Part shown: piece by piece, positions 16,101 to 25,238 of the stretch
How the letters are laid out: every line of letters begins with the position of its first letter
Position numbering within the stretch: position 1 is the first letter of the stretch
IMG/VR virus record: IMGVR_UViG_3300027985_000723
Location: 1-26,055 of that record
Reading direction: 5' to 3' (one strand)
Source: a virus
Lineage: Duplodnaviria > Caudoviricetes
DNA length: 26,055 nucleotides
Notes under the pieces: generated by a model
Told to the model about the DNA's origin: nothing
Seen by the model: only the letters and a program-made list of their open reading frames with translations
The model's database searches: none
Made by a program: the position numbers and the translations under genes

Positions 16101-17474
16101 GGCGACGTCGCGGGTGCAGTGCAAGCCGTGGCGGATCAGATCACCGGGATGTTGGAAGAACTGGCGATTACCAACCCGCTGAAGAATGCGCTGATGGGCA
16201 CGAGCTACGCGACGATCGGCGATGTGGGCGGCCTCGGCGGCATTTGGGATCGCCTCACCGGCAAAGCGCCCGCGATCGATCCGGTAAAGGCTGCCTCCGA
16301 TGCCGCCGCCCAGGCAATGCGCTCCGTTCAGACCATGCAGGTATCGGCCACGAATGTGACGATCACCGGGATCTCGTCGATGTCCGCGGCGAATCTGCCC
16401 AGTGCGCCGGTTGGGGGCAACGTCGTATCGATGCTCTCATCGAGCGCAGTTGGCGGTGCGCGAACTGCTGGCGCGATCACCGGGCTCAATGGGGATTTCG
16501 GCGCCGCGCTGGCTTCGATGATTGGCGACGCCGACGCGATGTTTGGTGCTGGTGCGGTCAAGATCTCGTCGGCTTATCGCTCGCCAGAGCGTCAGGCCGA
16601 GCTCTGGGCCGCCGCGCTGCAGAAATATGGCAGCGCCGCGGAAGCGCGGCGTTGGGTGGCGCCGCCCGGGCTGTCGCAACACAACCGCGGCATGGCGGCC
16701 GACCTGCAATATGGCTCTGCGCAGGTCGGAGATTGGGTGCGGCAGAACGCATCTACATATGGACTGAACTTCAGGCTGCCCAACGAGCCTTGGCATGTAG
16801 AGCCTGCGACGAGTGGAGCGGCCCCGGCAACGACGGTGACCGCCGACCTCGGCAAATTTGCCCGTAGCGCCGAGGCCGCAACGCAGCACCTCGATACGCT
16901 CGGCGGTGGGTTCGATGCATTTGGGAGCGCGCTTTCAAGTGCCGTTCAAGGATATGCGAACGGCGGAACGTCTGGTGGTATTGGCGGTCTCTTCGCCTCG
17001 CTCGCTGGCGGTATCGCACATGCGCTCAAGATCCCCGGCTTCGCGCGCGGCGGTGAAACCGGAGGCTCTGATCCGTCAAAAATTGCCGGGGTCGTCCACG
17101 AGCGCGAATATGTTTTTGACGCGGCCTCGACCGCGCGTATCGGTGTCGCCAACCTCGAGGCGCTGCGGCACGGCACACTCCGCGGTTACGCCGGCGGCGG
17201 CTACGTGCAGTCCGCAAACTTTTCCCCTGCGCCGATCGGCCGAGATCAGGGCGCCAGCGCGACGCAGGTGATCCATCTGCAGCCGACTTTGATCAACAAC
17301 ACGTCGGTGCCGATGCAGCTCGAGGTGCAGGATGTGACCGACGCGAAGGGACAGCGCCAGCAACGCTATGTGCTCTCGGATGCCGTGGCTGACGGTATGA
17401 TGGCGCCGGGAGGCAAGGCGCAGCGGTCGCTGCGTCAGGCTTATGGGATCAGCCGAGCGGGGATCGCTCGATGA
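13134..17474 (+). CDS. Tape measure protein with C-terminal M15 (VanY-like) peptidoglycan peptidase domain (1446 aa)
   Basis: TGATG coupling; lambda-type GMPPLQVLLQQGPQ motif; long Ala-rich helical body; SAYRS...SQHNRGMAAD...EPWH; FARGG...GVVHEREYV tail. Confidence 0.93.
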   Translation: MAQNAVFNVSLVFRSEIEAAKADIAAIKRELGTVSTATTEAARATDQNTVAIDREAAATAKATQEQERLTVARKRSEATQTDTQAKPALRAIPQGLPGSLSGIDPSSGLAGTSSATAIANTALSSSFRLIGADVAAAREEASLYRHEIDAVRARYNPLFAVSRQYEMELRQIAEAEEIGWISAREASAAREVAAARMAPLTAGVTKLGTATKLTAWEVRGLGMQASDTIQSLLLGMPPLQVLLQQGPQAVDQIGGIGRALTLLKSGLTLPRIAVAAATAVVLLGAKSWNDYLKSTIEVTSAASGLGRAMAGTAGEMEAAAQTGAHAAGISVKSARSMEAAFLRTGKIGHENFAQLIGISKDFAATMGISTSAAGDALAEMMRDPAKAADELGQQYGLIDAATMEHVKNLTAQNRLQEAQAALIDGMNGRLAVARQSVTGLASAWDSVKVAASNAFDEAGKVIDQAISGASSDDKIAAYERALQQLRSTPAFQAAQSGDKGFFAGRALASEQNILGLLDPLYREREQKRLEAEQDAAKQRGIAASSIADASGVNATAKRMQDLRNQIDVLRRGLDGNTGLGDRQRDRITADLEAKTRILEALHTRETRQAELDRLDIRIQTERNPLLRAELEARRTLLQMADQEVSNTEIGLAADRARNQVIAQTISGAASQASAMSTEAEIRGQLNTKIAAGTVAAAEADAWMQRELAMRPLLAAAAIAEGEEKSALEEQIRKLGAAYDDLAKVRREAAIISDAKASQDRLSDLRLETDLIGRTSAERIRAQAAAAAERWIRDQGPDLSPVDAEDKRRRAADEAEAQIQRDRMQHTDELRRAQQDATYAAAARLAATPVARANIEAEREYARALAETGDAQEAAARADLVRSQAMSELRATVQDYVRAQDEQIARSRLEASLAGQSAAVHAQAIAAYEAELYIRQQGIDANSAEAAQLRENARLIGDAQLKTERLTEAWSAVGKAGENAIDGMFGALRKGDVAGAVQAVADQITGMLEELAITNPLKNALMGTSYATIGDVGGLGGIWDRLTGKAPAIDPVKAASDAAAQAMRSVQTMQVSATNVTITGISSMSAANLPSAPVGGNVVSMLSSSAVGGARTAGAITGLNGDFGAALASMIGDADAMFGAGAVKISSAYRSPERQAELWAAALQKYGSAAEARRWVAPPGLSQHNRGMAADLQYGSAQVGDWVRQNASTYGLNFRLPNEPWHVEPATSGAAPATTVTADLGKFARSAEAATQHLDTLGGGFDAFGSALSSAVQGYANGGTSGGIGGLFASLAGGIAHALKIPGFARGGETGGSDPSKIAGVVHEREYVFDAASTARIGVANLEALRHGTLRGYAGGGYVQSANFSPAPIGRDQGASATQVIHLQPTLINNTSVPMQLEVQDVTDAKGQRQQRYVLSDAVADGMMAPGGKAQRSLRQAYGISRAGIAR

Positions 17475-17893
17475 GCTATCCCGTATGGCCTTCGGATCTT
17501 CCGCGACCGGAACGTCGCAACTGGCAGCTGCAGCGACAGGATGCCCGGCGCAAGCGCGGCTTTGAGAATGGCCCGCCTGGCTACCGCCGCAGGTTTTCCT
17601 CAATCGGCCAGATGGTCCAGTTTTCGCTCCTCCTCTCGGCGTACCAACGGGCGGTATTCGATCGGTTCTGGCGTGACGAATGTGCTGAAGGATCAAGCCT
17701 GTTCTGGATGCCGGATGTGACGCGTGACGGATGGCCGCTTGCTGCGGCTGACGGCTCGGCTTTGCGGACTGGCGACGGTCTGATGGTACTGATGGCCGCA
17801 CGCTGGCTCTGTGCCTGGGGCGACCAGGCACCTATCGAAACGATCGAGGGCATCGAGTTCCGGAAATCCTGCTCCGTGGTGGTGATGCCATGA
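17471..17893 (+). CDS. Distal tail protein-like (lambda gpM position, 140 aa)
   Basis: ATGA overlap; WPSDLP, GPPGYRRRFS and FDRFW...GSSLFWMPD motifs; directly after the tape measure. Confidence 0.7.
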   Translation: MSYPVWPSDLPRPERRNWQLQRQDARRKRGFENGPPGYRRRFSSIGQMVQFSLLLSAYQRAVFDRFWRDECAEGSSLFWMPDVTRDGWPLAAADGSALRTGDGLMVLMAARWLCAWGDQAPIETIEGIEFRKSCSVVVMP

Positions 17894-18417
17894 CGCAGCG
17901 CATTTCGCTCAACGCGCGGCAGTCCAACCGCGAAGCCTCCTCGGCCGAGATCGAGGTAGTTCTGCTCGAATTCAGCCACCCAGAACTTGGCGCCCCGATC
18001 CGGCTGAGCACCGACAACACCGTGCGCATTTCTGACGAGCCGCTGATCTACGGCACGCGCTCGAATTGGCGCGGCGCCGATCCTGACCGCGACCCATATC
18101 TGTGGGTGATCGCCTCTGCCGTGCTGCCGGATGATGCAGAGGACGCGCCGGCGTCAGCGCAGATCGTGCTCGAAAATCTCGACGCGCAGATGGTTGAGGT
18201 GCTGCGCTCGTTTACAAGCCCCGCGCACGTGGCGCTTGCGGTGGTCGAGGCCGCAACGCCGGATCTGATCGAGGTCGAATACCACGATCTGCTGCTCTCA
18301 AACGCCGAGGGCACCTCGGCCGAGATCTCGCTCACGCTCTCGCGCGAAGAGATCGAGCTCGAGCATTGCCCGGCTGGCCGGATGACACGCCAGCGGTTTC
18401 CGGGGCAGTGGAGGTGA
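17890..18417 (+). CDS. DUF1833-family minor tail protein (gpL-like, 175 aa)
   Basis: LLEFSHPEL..PIRL, LPDD...AQIVLENLD and terminal FPG motifs; ATGA overlap. Confidence 0.75.
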   Translation: MTQRISLNARQSNREASSAEIEVVLLEFSHPELGAPIRLSTDNTVRISDEPLIYGTRSNWRGADPDRDPYLWVIASAVLPDDAEDAPASAQIVLENLDAQMVEVLRSFTSPAHVALAVVEAATPDLIEVEYHDLLLSNAEGTSAEISLTLSREEIELEHCPAGRMTRQRFPGQWR

Positions 18418-18419
18418 GG

Positions 18420-18860
18420 ATGACCTGGTCGAACCGGTACGTCGGTATCCCGAACCTTGATCACGGCCGCTCGGCCGAGGGCGCCGATTGCTGGGGCCTT
18501 GCCTGCATCATCTACCGCGAGGAGCTTGGCATCACGCTGCCCGACTACCTGGGTTATGGCTCGGTTGATGAACATGGCGAGATCGCCGCGCTGATCGAGG
18601 GCGCCAAGACCTCGCCGCTCTGGCTGCCGGTAACCGGCCTCGCGGTCGCGTTCGACCTGGCGGTGTTCCGGCGCGGCCGTCTGTCCACCCACCTTGGCAT
18701 CGTTATCCGTCACGGCCTGATGATCCACATTGGCCAGACCCATGCCGTGCTCGAGGATTATCGCCGCGGCCCCTGGTCCCACCGCTTCACGGGTCATTGG
18801 CGCCACGTTCAAAGCCCCTTTGAACGGTCGGTGCAGATCATCGAGGAGGCCGCGCGATGA
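18420..18860 (+). CDS. NlpC/P60 tail assembly peptidase (gpK-like, 146 aa)
   Basis: YVGIP...GRS..GADCWGL catalytic Cys and HLGIVI...MIH His motifs; SD GGAGGTGAGG before ATG 18420. Confidence 0.88.
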   Translation: MTWSNRYVGIPNLDHGRSAEGADCWGLACIIYREELGITLPDYLGYGSVDEHGEIAALIEGAKTSPLWLPVTGLAVAFDLAVFRRGRLSTHLGIVIRHGLMIHIGQTHAVLEDYRRGPWSHRFTGHWRHVQSPFERSVQIIEEAAR

Positions 18861-21800
18861 GTGATCTGCCGCTCCATGTGCTGGCATTGTCGCCATTTGA
18901 TCCGGGCGCTCGCCGGGTGTCGTTCGAGCTGCCAGAGGGCGCGAATGTCGCCGAGATCGTGGCGCGCGCGCTGCCGGCGGCAAGCGAGGCAGATCTCGGC
19001 CGAGTGCGCATTGCGCTGGTCACCGAGCGCGGCTCGCAGATCGTGCCCCGCGAGCTGTGGTCGCGTTGCCGCCCACGGCCGGGAGTGCGCGTGGTGATCC
19101 GCGTCACCCCGGGCAAGGGTTCGCTGCGCGCGGTGCTGTCGATCGTGGTCAGCATCGCGGCCGTCGCATTGGGTGCGATGTGGGGGCCAGGCGTGGCGAC
19201 GGCCCTGGGCGTCTCGCAGACAACCGCAGCGGCCATCGTCGGGCTCGGCGTCTCGATCGTCGGTAACCTCCTGATCAACGCGCTGATCCCCCCGCCGAAG
19301 CCGGATAGCGAGCGGCGGGACGCCTACAGCATCACCGGCTGGAAAAACCGGCTCGACCCGGGCGGCGCGGTGCCCTTCGTGCTGGGCACGATGCGCTTTG
19401 CGCCGCCGTTCGCGGCAACGCCCTATACCGAGATCGTCGGCGACTGGCAGTATGTTCGCGCACTCTTCGTTCTGGGCGAGGGCGAAGTACAGATCGATGA
19501 CATGCGCCTCGGCGAGACCTCGCTGGCCGAGTTCGATGAGGTCGAGACCGAAGTGCGCTATGGCGTCGAGGGTGAGCTGCCGGTCAGCCTCTACCCGCAG
19601 CAGGTGGTCGAAGAGCAGATCGGCGTCGAGCTGACGCGCCCCTATCCGCGCAACGACGACGGCGAAATCACCCAGATCACCGAGACCTACATCGTCGAGA
19701 GCGGTCCCTTCGCCGGCATGGAAATGACCAGAACGGTCAATGCTCCGACGATCGAAACGCCGGTGGTGCGCACGACCGGCGCGGATGCTTCCGGTGCGTC
19801 GATCATTCTGGCGTTCCCGGGGGGCCTCGTGCGTTACAACGACGAGGGCGCGAAGAGAACGCATTCTGTCTCGGTCCGGGTCGAGCAGCGTCTGGTCGAG
19901 GCCGAGGAATGGCAGCTCGTTACCACGCTCGAAATCTCGGCGAAGAAGGCCGAGGCCTTTTTCCGCCAGCACAGCTGGTCCTTCCCGAGCCGCGCGCGTT
20001 GGCAAATCCGGCTGACGATGCTGACCGATGAGACCGAAGACAGCCAGATCGCACAGCGCACGAACTGGTTGGCGCTGCAAACGATCCGGCCGGAATATCC
20101 GCTCAACTATCCGCGCCCGCTCGCGCTGGTGGCGCTGCGCATCAAGGCAACGCATCAGCTTTCGGGGGCGCTCGACGATTTCAACTGCCTGGTGAGCCGG
20201 GTCTGTGCCGACTGGGATGCGGGGACCGCAACCTGGGTGCGGCAGGTCAACGAAAGCCCGGCGGCCGCGTTTCGCGAGGCGCTGCAGCATGCCTCCAATC
20301 CCAAGGCCGTTGCGGATGCCGGCCTCGATCTCGAATGGCTGGCGAACTGGTCCGAGTGGTGCGCGGCCGAGGGGCTGACCTATAATGCTGTGCTCGAGGA
20401 CAAGGGCACGACCCTGCGCGATGTGCTGGCAGAGATCGCCGCTGCGGGTCGCGCCACACCGCGCCATGACGGGTTGAAATGGGGCGTGGTCATCGATCGG
20501 CCGCTCGTGGACACGCTGATCGTCGACCATATCAATCCGCGCAACAGCTGGGGCTTCAAGTGGGCACGTGCCTACACTGAACCGCCGCATGCCTTCACCG
20601 TCAAATTCAGGGACGCCGGCAATGATTACCAGGAGACCGAGCGCGTCGTGCGCTGGCCGGGCTACTCCGGCGACATCACGCTGACCGAGCAGCTCCCGCT
20701 GCCGGGCAAGGTGCATGCCGATGAAGTCTGGCGCGAGGCGCGCCGGCGGCAGCTCGAGATACTCCTCCGACCGGACACCTATGAGGTCACCCAGGACGGC
20801 GCCGTCCGTGCCACCACCCGCGGCGATCGGATCGCGCTGAGCCACGATGTGCTGAGCCGGGTGCAGGTGGCCGCCCGCATCAAATCCGTCCTCGGCACAC
20901 TCGTCGAAATCGACGAGCGCGTGATGATGATCTCTGGCACCACCTACGCGATCCGCTTCCGCGTCTTCGAGGATGATGACGACGGCATCGGCACCTCAAT
21001 CATCCGCACGGTCAAGACGGTGCCCGGCGAAAGCACCTTGCTGACGCTGACGGGCAGCGGCGCGATGCCAGAGGCTGGCGACGTAGTGCATTTCGGGCCG
21101 AGCTCGGCCGAGAGCTATGAGCAGATCGTCACGCGGATCGAGGCGACGACGGACCGATGCGCGATCATCAAGACGGTGGACGCGGCGCCGCAGATCGACA
21201 TCGAGCTCGCCGCGACCGAAATCCCGGCATGGTCGAGCCGCGTCGGAGCGGAACTCGATGACAACCTGCTGCAGCCGTCTGCGCCGCGGTTCACCTCGGT
21301 CAGCTCCGGCGCCGCCGGCACCGGCACGGCGGGGCTGATCAGCTATCTTCTGACCGCTGGATCGGGCGCGGTGCCGACCGCGAGCTACCAGGTCGAGCAC
21401 CGCCTTGAGGGCGCGGTGGACTGGGTCGTGTCGGTTATCCCGGCGGCCAATGGCGGCGGATCGATCGACGTCTACGCGACCGGCGAAATTGTCGAGATCC
21501 GCGCTTGCCCGATCAGTGCAACGGGCGTTTACGGACCGTACACGCCGACCCTCACGATCACCGTGGGCGGGGCCGATGCTGCAATTCCGGCCGCGCTGGA
21601 TGCAGATGCGATCTCCGTGACCACGCTGCTCGGCGGCGCGTTGATACAGGTTGCAACTGGTCCAGACGAGGCGACGGCACGGATCCAGCTTTACCGCTCG
21701 ACGTCGGCCGTGCTTGACCGCGAGACCGACGCCGTCGGTGCGCCGATCGCGGTCGTGCCGCAGCAGAGCTACAGCCTCACCGTGGGGGATACGACCCGCG

Positions 21801-22243
21801 CATCGCTGCTCAGCGTCAGCGCCTGGACCACTGACGCCGGTTGGGCGCTCGTTGGCGGTGAGGCCACCCATACACCCGGCACGGCCGATGCGATCAGCCA
21901 GGCGCTCGCGGCGACGGCGGGGAAGTACTACCGGATCGGCTACACGGTTGACGGACGCACCGCCGGTAACGTGCACCCGCGCCTTATCGGTGGTTCGGAT
22001 CGGCCCGGCGTCACGGTCAGTGCCGACGGCGCCGTCACCGATCGCATCCAGGCAGTGACCGGCAACGACACGATCGAGTGGGTTGCGAGCTCGGATTTTG
22101 ACGGCTCCGTCACCGATCTGGTCGCCTACCTCGAAACCAGCGCCTGCCTTGGTGCCGGCACCCATTACGTCTGGCTCGAGCCGGTCAATGCCGATGGCGT
22201 TCCCGGACCGGTCAGCGGCCCATACACACTGGAGATTGTCTGA
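18857..22243 (+). CDS. Tail tip / host-specificity protein (gpI-like N-terminus fused to gpJ-like body, FN3 and carbohydrate-binding-like C-terminus), 1128 aa
   Basis: N-terminal ubiquitin-like segment and hydrophobic Gly-rich stretch; VPFVLG..RFAPP, ALRIKATHQLSG and ESPAAAFR motifs. Confidence 0.88.
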   Translation: MSDLPLHVLALSPFDPGARRVSFELPEGANVAEIVARALPAASEADLGRVRIALVTERGSQIVPRELWSRCRPRPGVRVVIRVTPGKGSLRAVLSIVVSIAAVALGAMWGPGVATALGVSQTTAAAIVGLGVSIVGNLLINALIPPPKPDSERRDAYSITGWKNRLDPGGAVPFVLGTMRFAPPFAATPYTEIVGDWQYVRALFVLGEGEVQIDDMRLGETSLAEFDEVETEVRYGVEGELPVSLYPQQVVEEQIGVELTRPYPRNDDGEITQITETYIVESGPFAGMEMTRTVNAPTIETPVVRTTGADASGASIILAFPGGLVRYNDEGAKRTHSVSVRVEQRLVEAEEWQLVTTLEISAKKAEAFFRQHSWSFPSRARWQIRLTMLTDETEDSQIAQRTNWLALQTIRPEYPLNYPRPLALVALRIKATHQLSGALDDFNCLVSRVCADWDAGTATWVRQVNESPAAAFREALQHASNPKAVADAGLDLEWLANWSEWCAAEGLTYNAVLEDKGTTLRDVLAEIAAAGRATPRHDGLKWGVVIDRPLVDTLIVDHINPRNSWGFKWARAYTEPPHAFTVKFRDAGNDYQETERVVRWPGYSGDITLTEQLPLPGKVHADEVWREARRRQLEILLRPDTYEVTQDGAVRATTRGDRIALSHDVLSRVQVAARIKSVLGTLVEIDERVMMISGTTYAIRFRVFEDDDDGIGTSIIRTVKTVPGESTLLTLTGSGAMPEAGDVVHFGPSSAESYEQIVTRIEATTDRCAIIKTVDAAPQIDIELAATEIPAWSSRVGAELDDNLLQPSAPRFTSVSSGAAGTGTAGLISYLLTAGSGAVPTASYQVEHRLEGAVDWVVSVIPAANGGGSIDVYATGEIVEIRACPISATGVYGPYTPTLTITVGGADAAIPAALDADAISVTTLLGGALIQVATGPDEATARIQLYRSTSAVLDRETDAVGAPIAVVPQQSYSLTVGDTTRASLLSVSAWTTDAGWALVGGEATHTPGTADAISQALAATAGKYYRIGYTVDGRTAGNVHPRLIGGSDRPGVTVSADGAVTDRIQAVTGNDTIEWVASSDFDGSVTDLVAYLETSACLGAGTHYVWLEPVNADGVPGPVSGPYTLEIV

Positions 22244-25101
22244 TGTCCGGCTACACCACCACCGACCTGCCGACCGCGCCTCTGGCTGACGAGCTGATCG
22301 TCAACCGCAACGGCAATACCGCGATCCAGCGCGTTGCGGATCTGTCCACGCAACTGGCAGGCTCGGGACCATTGGCGGAGCAGCTGGATGATCTGCGATT
22401 GCTGGCGAGCGGTGAGCCTCGTCAACTCTTGCCCGCGGACATGGCAACGACGGCCGCGATCGCGCTCACCGGCGCGCAAACGATCGATGGCATCGCCACC
22501 GGGGCCGGGAAGCGGGTGCTGGTCAAGGATCAGGCGGATGCGGCTCAGAATGGCGTCTGGGTCACCTCGGCCGGGGCGTGGACGCGCGCTACTGATCTCG
22601 ATGCCGCCGCGGAATTTGTGTCCGCATCGATCTATGTGACGGCGGGCACCGTTAATCACGCTACGACATGGATGCAGATAGCATCCATGGTGGAGGTCGG
22701 TACATCAGCGGTCACTTGGCGCAAGATCAAGGATGAGGCCGGGCTGCAGGCGTTGGTCGACGCCAATACCCGATCCGTGGAGGAGCTGGTCTCCGCCGTC
22801 ACCCAAAAAGCGGATATTAGCGAGCAGACCCTCGGACATGCAGGCATCCTCGTCGCCGGCCCGGATACGCTGGCGGCGAAGACATGGCTCATCAACGATC
22901 CCGCCGATGCAGACAGCCTCATGACCGATCTGGTGCTGGAGCTGACGGCTGACGCTGACGTGTGGGTGCGGCGCTATACCCACGATGGCAGCGTTACCTG
23001 GACAAAATCCGGGACAGATCTCAAACTTAGCGGCAAGGCCGGTACGAACACCTGGGGGCCGGGGGACATCGGCACATTTCGAGTGGCGGCGGGCGAGTAT
23101 CTGGCGATCTACGCTGGTGCGAGTATCGCGGCCGACTTTTCGGCGTCTGACACGATCGTCAGGACCGTGGGGAGCTCCAGCACTGGCCTATACCGTACTA
23201 TCACGGGCAACGCCAGCAGCGGATCGCTCAAGCCGGTTGGTATCCGGGCCACCCTGCAAGCTGGCCAGACGGTGAAGTCTGCGGATGGCGTCGGTGTAGA
23301 CCTCACTGCGCGCCGGACCATGCAGGTTATCGGACGCAGCATCGAGCCGATCCCCTCGACAACAGCTGCGGCCGCACGAACTGCCGTGGATACTACCCCC
23401 GCAGCGGCGCGCTCGCTGTTGACGCGGGTCTCCGCCTATCTCACCGGCAGCGCCATCGTGAAAATTCGCCGCTTCACCCTCTCGGGCTCCACGTTGACAC
23501 AGGTGGGTAGCGATATTGTCGTGACCGGCGTGACCGGGCTCAATGAATGGACGCCGGATGATTTCGGGCAGGTTATAGTCGAGGCGGGGGAGTATATCGG
23601 TTTTTACACCGCCGGAATCATTGGCTATAACACTGCCAGCACCGACACTTCCGGTTTGACCTACTGGCCCACCAGCACGGGTGACCTGACCACTATCACC
23701 ATCGGCTCCACACTCAACAAGCCCTTTGAAATCAGGTTCGAGCTGGAGCAGGGGCCGGATATTGACCTACTGTTACCCTTGCTGAAAACGGTAGCGGCTT
23801 TGGATGCTCTTCCCGCGTCGGTGGCGGGGGTGGAAAGCGCCCTTTCCTACCTGACCGACACGGTGTTGGCGCAGGGCCTCGGAGTATCCTATGGAGACCT
23901 GATTGAGACTGCCTCGATCTCCTACAGCGCCTCGTCGGCAAATGTAGATGTGGCCATCACGGTCAACCGCAACGGTGTTTCTACCGAGACCTCCTACACA
24001 CTCACGGTAACTCTCACGGGCAGTGGCAGCCTGTGGCGCTATGATCTGGTATATCTGGCCAAAGATGGATCGCTCGCCATCGAGGCGGGTGCGGAGGCCC
24101 GCACGACCGATGCCTCGGCGTTCATCCCAGCGACCCCCGATGAGGGCATCCCGCTCTTCATGCTCCGAGTAGGGGGCACTGGTGTCGGGGACGCCCTCTC
24201 CCAGTGGGACTTGCATGATGGCATCAAGCGGCAGATCCAGCCCGAGGTGCTGCGGGATATCGAGCGCAACAGGCGCATCCTCGCCCGCACCCGCAACAAG
24301 ATCGCGCGGGGAGACACCATCAACATCCAGAGCCTCGGCGACAGCATTACGGAGACCGCGGGCATCGTCGGGAGCAACGGCGTCACGACCCCCAACGGCC
24401 AATATCGCGACCGCGCCGCCTCGACTGATGGCGAGGGCGGATATCAATATCTGCGGACGGCCTATGGTGACGATGTGGTAGACGCGGTGCCGCTCTACAC
24501 CGCCGTCCAACTCGGGCGGGCGGATGACAGCGCGGGGGCGGTGCATACGCGCATCAGCTACGTCTGGCAGTTGGTCGCGGAGCTGGAGCGGATCGGCTAC
24601 ACCCTCGGGACCGACCTGACCTATGACAATTTCGCCCAATCTGGTAAGGGCACGACCGACCTGGTGGACGGGTCACTGCTGCCGAGAGCGTGGCTCGACA
24701 ATGCTGTGGCCCTCGCTCCTGACGTGGTGATTTTTGCGATGGGAATGAACGATCTCGGCGGTCCTGAGGACGTATATGCCCGGGTGCGTGTCATCATCAG
24801 AGAGTATCAGGCGGCGGGGACCGATGTGATCGTGATGGGCTGTGCTCGCCCACGCGGGGACATCGTCGGCAATGCTTTTTTGAGCGGCTGGCTACCAGTC
24901 AATGAGGCACTGCGGCGGGCAGCCTATGACGGCGGAGCAGCATGGGTCTCGCTCTTGCCTCTATACGAGACAAGATATCTCGGAGCTCTGGGCATGTCCG
25001 TGTCCGACCTCTGCACCGCAAACGGCTATAACCACCCTGGCATTCGCGAGCACCTGCGCATGGGCGACATGCTGGTGCAGTTGTCTGGCCTGACCACTTA
25101 G
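22243..25101 (+). CDS. Tail fibre / receptor-binding protein with C-terminal SGNH (GDSL) esterase domain (952 aa)
   Basis: TGATG coupling; ATTAAIALTGAQTIDG...RVLVKDQ...NGVW fibre module; two repeated beta domains; SGNH blocks LGDSIT, NFAQSG, MGMND and NHP. Confidence 0.85.
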   Translation: MSGYTTTDLPTAPLADELIVNRNGNTAIQRVADLSTQLAGSGPLAEQLDDLRLLASGEPRQLLPADMATTAAIALTGAQTIDGIATGAGKRVLVKDQADAAQNGVWVTSAGAWTRATDLDAAAEFVSASIYVTAGTVNHATTWMQIASMVEVGTSAVTWRKIKDEAGLQALVDANTRSVEELVSAVTQKADISEQTLGHAGILVAGPDTLAAKTWLINDPADADSLMTDLVLELTADADVWVRRYTHDGSVTWTKSGTDLKLSGKAGTNTWGPGDIGTFRVAAGEYLAIYAGASIAADFSASDTIVRTVGSSSTGLYRTITGNASSGSLKPVGIRATLQAGQTVKSADGVGVDLTARRTMQVIGRSIEPIPSTTAAAARTAVDTTPAAARSLLTRVSAYLTGSAIVKIRRFTLSGSTLTQVGSDIVVTGVTGLNEWTPDDFGQVIVEAGEYIGFYTAGIIGYNTASTDTSGLTYWPTSTGDLTTITIGSTLNKPFEIRFELEQGPDIDLLLPLLKTVAALDALPASVAGVESALSYLTDTVLAQGLGVSYGDLIETASISYSASSANVDVAITVNRNGVSTETSYTLTVTLTGSGSLWRYDLVYLAKDGSLAIEAGAEARTTDASAFIPATPDEGIPLFMLRVGGTGVGDALSQWDLHDGIKRQIQPEVLRDIERNRRILARTRNKIARGDTINIQSLGDSITETAGIVGSNGVTTPNGQYRDRAASTDGEGGYQYLRTAYGDDVVDAVPLYTAVQLGRADDSAGAVHTRISYVWQLVAELERIGYTLGTDLTYDNFAQSGKGTTDLVDGSLLPRAWLDNAVALAPDVVIFAMGMNDLGGPEDVYARVRVIIREYQAAGTDVIVMGCARPRGDIVGNAFLSGWLPVNEALRRAAYDGGAAWVSLLPLYETRYLGALGMSVSDLCTANGYNHPGIREHLRMGDMLVQLSGLTT

Positions 25102-25238
25102 ATCAGCGCGATCGCAGTCCGGTTGACTATCGATTGCCGCGGGTCGGGTGCGGTCAGTCGCCTGCTATCCGTCCGGCACGCTGCCTTAAGTATGGCGTTA
25201 AAGCGGCCTTCAACACCTGCTTACTGAAAATCGCTCTG

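Noticed and set aside
18809-20845. 678-aa minus-strand ORF (likewise 7865-9226, 6670-7797, 20996-22165 and other long antisense ORFs)
   Set aside because: They mirror well-supported plus-strand phage genes and have no recognisable motifs; long shadow ORFs are expected with high-GC codon bias.
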